From assembly GCA_964618805.1 (NCBI GenBank), contig CAZUBM010000001.1, positions 192,010-256,009 of the forward strand: DNA of 64,000 nucleotides, given 5' to 3'. A program made the position numbers and the translations under genes. Numbering within the stretch: position 1 is the stretch's first letter; the number at the start of each line of letters is the position of its first letter. The notes under the pieces were generated by a model that worked only from the letters and a program-made list of their open reading frames with translations, did no database searches and was not told the origin of the DNA. This document shows, piece by piece, positions 59,112 through 64,000 of the stretch. The stretch comes from an uncultured Nitrososphaerota archaeon (GTDB taxonomy: Archaea; Korarchaeota; Korarchaeia; Korarchaeales; Korarchaeaceae).

Positions 59112-60456
59112 AAATCCCTAACCAAGCCTTGTATTCACTAAAAAGAGCGTCTACCTGGGTCTTCCATGCTTTAAAGCCGTCAGGTGAATTAGGATAAGAA
59201 TAATAGAGTTCCCTTGCCTTATCCATGTAATCTTTCACCTTTTTCAGTCTAACCAATAGAGAAGGTCTAGATAATAGCTTGATTGCTGAAGAGACTTTTG
59301 ATATAAGTGTAGAGCCTAAATCTCCTCTATATCCTATTTCACCCACATCAACGGATGTTATTACGCCCTTTTCAAATACAAAGTTTAGCTCCTCATCGCT
59401 CATGAGCTGCAAGTACATCCTTAGGATATCAAGACCAGCCTGTTTTGCTCCATATAGCTCCATGTAATCGTTGTGATAACTCCAAAGGCCCTCCATTGAT
59501 GGATTATCTTGGGAAAGAGCTTTTTTAATGGCTTTGGCTGCAGCTTTTGCGCTTAGCATAGCTGGACCCATCCCTCCTCCATGGATCGGGTTTGAAGTAC
59601 AAGCTGCATCACCTATCGCTACGAAACCATTCCAAACCATGCAGGAGATAGTCCTTCTTGTTGGGCAAATCCCCCCTCCAGCATGTATAACCCTTCTAAT
59701 CTTTCCAATCCTAGATCTTAAGTATATTTCATAATTTCTTTCAGGATTTAGGCTTTTCTTACCTCCTTTCAAGCCTAAACCTACGTTTACAATGCTCTCA
59801 TTTTTAGGAAACCACCACCAATATCCTCCAGGAGCTATTATCGTTGAGAGGTAAATAGTGGCATATCCAGTTTCTATTTCCTCATCCATCTCTACTATCT
59901 CCCTGTAGCATACATCGTAGTCCTCGGGAGGAACTTTCTCTGAGGCAAACCACTCATTGGGTAATTTGCTTCTGACCGCCGCTGGAACTCCTGTAGCATC
60001 TATGACTACAGTTGCCTCAATTTCTCTCCTTCTTCTCGCCCTCAAATCAACGACTTCGAGTCCTTTAAGCCATGATCCATCTACAATTGGTTTTAAGACC
60101 GCATGTCTGTCAAGTAGCTTTGCGCCTGCATCTAATGCCATTGTCTGCAGTTTTTTAACAAAAGCAGGTCTATTAAGAGCATATCCTTCTCCTCCAACTA
60201 TGATCTCGTCCCTTTCATTTGGTGCGACGACCTTAACTCCTCTAAAAATCCCATCAAGTTCTCTCCCTGATGGATGAGGAATGCCTATTTTATCGAAGTG
60301 ATGCTTACCTATAGCATCACCGCAAACCTTCATAGTGTCATCTCTATGCTTTTGTTCGACGATTATGACATCAAATCCCTCAGATGCCAGAAAGTAAGAT
60401 ACAAGAGACCCGCCAATTCCTCCTCCAGCTACTAGTATGTCATGCTTCTCTTTCAT
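59101..60456 (-). CDS. Digeranylgeranylglycerophospholipid (geranylgeranyl) reductase
   Basis: VAGGGIGG, KVCGDAI, APGGYWWWFPK and IGDAA...NPIHGGG. Confidence 0.9.
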   Translation of the reverse strand: MKEKHDILVAGGGIGGSLVSYFLASEGFDVIIVEQKHRDDTMKVCGDAIGKHHFDKIGIPHPSGRELDGIFRGVKVVAPNERDEIIVGGEGYALNRPAFVKKLQTMALDAGAKLLDRHAVLKPIVDGSWLKGLEVVDLRARRRREIEATVVIDATGVPAAVRSKLPNEWFASEKVPPEDYDVCYREIVEMDEEIETGYATIYLSTIIAPGGYWWWFPKNESIVNVGLGLKGGKKSLNPERNYEIYLRSRIGKIRRVIHAGGGICPTRRTISCMVWNGFVAIGDAACTSNPIHGGGMGPAMLSAKAAAKAIKKALSQDNPSMEGLWSYHNDYMELYGAKQAGLDILRMYLQLMSDEELNFVFEKGVITSVDVGEIGYRGDLGSTLISKVSSAIKLLSRPSLLVRLKKVKDYMDKARELYYSYPNSPDGFKAWKTQVDALFSEYKAWLGISSS

Positions 60457-60551
60457 ATCTCACACCTAATGCTAAAATCAAATCAGATTGTTAGATGTAA
60501 CCTAAAAAGTGCATAGTGCGGAGAGTAAAACTAGGTGAGGTAAGCCACACC

Positions 60552-61035
60552 ATGAGCATAGAGGAGGACATCAGATTTGCCATCGAAAACAAGTTAAGGC
60601 AAACAATTGATAGAATAGAGGAAACTCTCAACCAATTGGTTAAGAGAAGGAAGCTAGGAATAGAGGACATAAGAAATGCATTAAGAGGGCTAAAACCTAG
60701 TTTCTATCTCCTTTCTCAGAAATGGTTCTTGAGATATTATATGTTCTACTCTTCATGGGACCTTTAGGATTTAATGGCATCAAGAAATTGCTTGAGATAA
60801 GCTCAAGGAGCCTCTCAGATAAGTTGAAATCCCTGGAATCTCTTGGTTATATAAAACGAAGCGTAACTCCTGAGCCTCCTGTAAGGGTAAGGACCACTTA
60901 CAAACTAACTAGAAGGGGGTAGAACTTTCTTTGTTAGCTCTTCCCTCGATTTATTACATGTCATCTAGGACCCTTCAGAAAAAGGGCTTGAATGCTGATC
61001 AAAAATTAAACTTACAAACCCTTATACTAGAATAA
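60552..61035 (+). pseudogene. HxlR-family regulator with two -1 frameshifts
   Basis: LSQKW / VLEILYVL..GFNGIKKLLEISSRSLSDKLKSLE..Y.LT / GVELSLLALP in three successive frames (shifts near 60724 and 60911), plus a GTAAGG tandem duplication. Confidence 0.75.
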
Positions 61036-61046
61036 GGGTGTCTTGA

Positions 61047-61286
61047 GTGGAGTCTGAGAAGGAAAAGAAAAAGCGTAAACCAATAAATTTTGTTATAAAG
61101 GAGTATGGAAAACTGAAGAATGATGTTGAGAAAGCAATTCGTGTCTCTATTAAGGTAAAAATCCACAAACCTGAATCTATAACCGATGAAGAATTTAGGG
61201 CATTAGAAGAGGATTCTGAATTCAAGAAGAGGGTAGAAGAGCTAGTTATATCATATATCAAGAGGAAAAGAGAGGCTGAAGGGTAA
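61047..61286 (+). CDS. Small charged hypothetical protein
   Basis: 79-aa ORF with a GTG start after GGGTG, 5 nt upstream of the permease gene. Confidence 0.55.
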   Translation: MESEKEKKKRKPINFVIKEYGKLKNDVEKAIRVSIKVKIHKPESITDEEFRALEEDSEFKKRVEELVISYIKRKREAEG

Positions 61287-61291
61287 TTAAA

Positions 61292-62584
61292 TTGATCCCC
61301 CAATCAGTTCAGACTCCAATGCTACTTATTTTTCTCCTGACCATCATAGCGCTGATAATCGAGAAATATCACATGGTAGTTGCTGCCATGATAGGGGCCT
61401 CTTTAACTATTTTCTTTGGATCCTTTATCTACAAAATTTTCACCCCAGAAGAGGCTTTCACGCAGTTTATCGATGGTTCTACGTTGAGACTTGTTCTTGG
61501 AATTCTTCTTTTGATGGAAGGCCTAGCAAAGTCCGGCCTTTTTCAATTTATAGGCCTTTGGGTTGTCAGGCTTGTTGGAAACCGCCCAAAAATTCTTTTC
61601 TCAGCTTTTATGTTTCTTACAGCCATATTAACAACCTCTATACCAAACCTTCCAGCAATGCTCATAATTGGGGCAATAACTGCTTCTATAGCCAAGTCCC
61701 TTAGGCTAAAGCTTAGAACATGGATTATGTATGAAGCCATAGCCTGTAATGCTGGCTCTATAGGTCTTATGATAAGCTCGATTCCTAATCTAATTCTGGC
61801 GTCAGAGTTTGGTTTCACTTTCTCTCAATTCATAAGGATCACCCTGCCCTTGTCCCTCTTGGTTGTATATGTCACAACTCTGATAGGCCTGAAGGTAGCA
61901 GATCTTATAGAAGAGGGAGAGCAAGAAGTAGATATTTCCTCTTTGGATCCTTGGCAAGCAGTCAGGGATAAAGGGATCCTAATTAGATCAACGGCAATCT
62001 TCTTGGCTACTATAGCTCTTTTCTTCCTCCATGAGAAGACAGGAATTCCTTTAGACGTAGTTGCACTTGGTGGAGCTGTGATAATGCTTTGGATAGGAGT
62101 AACAGAACCAGAGGAACTTTTCAGATCTATAAATTGGGGAGTATTCTTCTTTTTAGGAGCTTTTTACATCATCATAGGTTCTATGGAGAAGACTGGTGCA
62201 TTAGATGTTTTAGCAAAGGCCGTTGCACCCATATATGCAATGCAACCCCTTATTTCGCTTTCTGCAACCCTTTGGATAAGTGGAATAACAAGCGGGCTTA
62301 TAGACAACATTCCAGTGACTTTAACCCTACTCCCTGTTATAAAAAAAGCAGCAGAAGCCTCTCAAGCCCCTATAACCCGTCTAGCTTGGGCAACTGGGAT
62401 AGGAGCAAACTTAGGAGGAAGCCTAACATATTTTGCATCTCCTCCCTCAGTGGTAGCGATAAGCATATTAGAGAAGGAGGATCCTACGTTTTCTCCATCA
62501 GATTTTATGAAGTTGGGAGTTCCAATAACTATCGTGCAATTGGTAGTTGCAAATATCTACCTTTTCTTATGGCCTCTATTTTAA
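61292..62584 (+). CDS. ArsB/NhaD/SLC13-superfamily ion permease
   Basis: CNAGSIGLMISSIPNLI, SGLIDNIP and GANLGGSLT motifs. Confidence 0.85.
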   Translation: MIPQSVQTPMLLIFLLTIIALIIEKYHMVVAAMIGASLTIFFGSFIYKIFTPEEAFTQFIDGSTLRLVLGILLLMEGLAKSGLFQFIGLWVVRLVGNRPKILFSAFMFLTAILTTSIPNLPAMLIIGAITASIAKSLRLKLRTWIMYEAIACNAGSIGLMISSIPNLILASEFGFTFSQFIRITLPLSLLVVYVTTLIGLKVADLIEEGEQEVDISSLDPWQAVRDKGILIRSTAIFLATIALFFLHEKTGIPLDVVALGGAVIMLWIGVTEPEELFRSINWGVFFFLGAFYIIIGSMEKTGALDVLAKAVAPIYAMQPLISLSATLWISGITSGLIDNIPVTLTLLPVIKKAAEASQAPITRLAWATGIGANLGGSLTYFASPPSVVAISILEKEDPTFSPSDFMKLGVPITIVQLVVANIYLFLWPLF

Positions 62585-63138
62585 TCCGAGTTATCCTCTT
62601 TCTCCTCTGGAATGCCCGTTATTATAGAGGTTAATTGATTTACAAATCTGTCGAATTTCTCCTTAAACAGTTCATAACCGGTCTTTAAGGCGTCATACAC
62701 TATAATGGCAGCTAATACCAAGAACACTATGGAAAGGACTGTACCAATGATCTTACTTGGAAGGAAAGCAAACAATGGAGAGAGACCAAACCAAGCGAGT
62801 AATAGGCCTATCATATAGATTATGTCGTTGCCAATTCGTTTAAGACCGCTAGTCTCTTCAAAACCAAGAATTCTGGACAATCTGTCAGATATTATGTTAA
62901 GAAGGAACAAAAGGTTTACTACAACTCTTTGCCCAAAGTAAGCTATTGCTGCAAGCCTTATTGCATCCACAATCAATTTGGATGGTATTTGAAGGTTGAA
63001 TGCCTCTATTAAGCTATCTTGTACTTCTCTCCTCAAAAAAGAGAGAAAAGCCAATATAAGAGCCAATTTTATCGAATTTCCAATTAGACTCGCTAATCTC
63101 TTTCTGACCTCTCTTCTGCTCATAGATTTCATATTCAA
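62581..63138 (-). CDS. Hypothetical 4-TM membrane protein
   Basis: Four hydrophobic helices; convergent with the permease. Confidence 0.65.
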   Translation of the reverse strand: MNMKSMSRREVRKRLASLIGNSIKLALILAFLSFLRREVQDSLIEAFNLQIPSKLIVDAIRLAAIAYFGQRVVVNLLFLLNIISDRLSRILGFEETSGLKRIGNDIIYMIGLLLAWFGLSPLFAFLPSKIIGTVLSIVFLVLAAIIVYDALKTGYELFKEKFDRFVNQLTSIITGIPEEKEDNSD

Positions 63139-63278
63139 CGTTATTCGATGGTAAGATCAATAAAATAATTGTTTGTATTCGACAAAAGGATTGGAAAGAT
63201 TTTCTGGCAAATATTTTGAATTAAATAACCTATAAGCGTTATGAAAAGCTATTTAGACTCAGTATTTATTAAAATTAA

Positions 63279-63998
63279 CTACAGAATATCAATTCTTCTC
63301 ATAAGCACTCTCTTGCCTCTATAGTCCGGAAGAAGTAATGGAGCCCTTCTTTCAGTCTTGATGCCAGCCTCTTCGAGCCATTTCTCATATCTCTTCACAT
63401 GATCCAATGTCAATTTTCCAATCCTTGCGTTCTTAACGTACCTAGCTGCATTAATGCCAGCTCTTCTTCCAAAGACTAAGTAATCAAGTATAGAGTTTCC
63501 TATAAGTCTATTCTTCCCGTGAACCCCTCCTGTAGTTTCACCAGCAGCAAAAAGTCCAGGCACTGTTGTTTCACATCTTTCATTTATAACAATTCCACCG
63601 TTCATGTAGTGTAAAGTTGGAAATACTAGAACAGGATCTTTAGACGCATCTATACCAACCCTCTTAAACATCCTAAATATTGCAGGAAACATCTTTTTGA
63701 AGGATCCCTCTCCTCTTAGAATGTCTATCATAGGCGTATCCAACCAAACACCCCTCATTCCAGTAGGAGTCTCAACTCCATTATTCCTATCCCAGCACTC
63801 CCTTATTATGGCGGCCGCCTCAACATCTCTAGGTTCTAATGGAAATACAAACTGCTCTCCGTACTTATTAACGACTTGAGCTCCGGCACCTCTGACTTTT
63901 TCTGTAACGAGAAGGCCAACTATCTGCTCAGGATATGCTGCACCAGTAGGATGATACTGAGTAGCGTCTAAATCTCTTAATAAAGCTCCTACATGATA
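63279..63998 (-). CDS. Fumarate reductase/succinate dehydrogenase-type flavoprotein, 3' part (runs off the window)
   Basis: Frame open to the window end: QYHPTG, LVTEKVRG, PRD, LHYMNGG, AAGE and HGKNRLIGNS. Confidence 0.85.
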   Translation of the reverse strand, partial: YHVGALLRDLDATQYHPTGAAYPEQIVGLLVTEKVRGAGAQVVNKYGEQFVFPLEPRDVEAAAIIRECWDRNNGVETPTGMRGVWLDTPMIDILRGEGSFKKMFPAIFRMFKRVGIDASKDPVLVFPTLHYMNGGIVINERCETTVPGLFAAGETTGGVHGKNRLIGNSILDYLVFGRRAGINAARYVKNARIGKLTLDHVKRYEKWLEEAGIKTERRAPLLLPDYRGKRVLMRRIDIL

Positions 63999-64000
63999 AG

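Overview
64 kb of an archaeal chromosome with dense housekeeping and accessory genes. It uses many GTG/TTG starts, GGTG-type ribosome-binding sites and TATA-like promoters. Digeranylgeranylglycerophospholipid reductase, AMP phosphorylase, archaeal Lhr and a type IA topoisomerase point to an archaeon; placement in the TACK group, as an anaerobic peptide/nucleoside user, is tentative. I found one tRNA (Thr-UGU) and no rRNA, CRISPR array, integrase or transposase. Main points: (1) an Smc5/6-like gene cluster at 25.3-29.2 kb, made of a short SMC ATPase with no visible hinge, a kleisin and a MAGE/Nse3-like KITE protein, interrupted by a roadblock gene. (2) A full-length metG that the ORF track truncates: it has no ATG/GTG/TTG start and none of those codons in its first 301 codons. 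(3) A topoisomerase IA whose near-invariant active-site Arg is Gly. (4) A class III ribonucleotide reductase lacking an ATP cone, with a thioredoxin-type signature. (5) A 31-bp templated-insertion scar and several frameshifted genes. All family calls come from motif recognition by eye; no searches were run.
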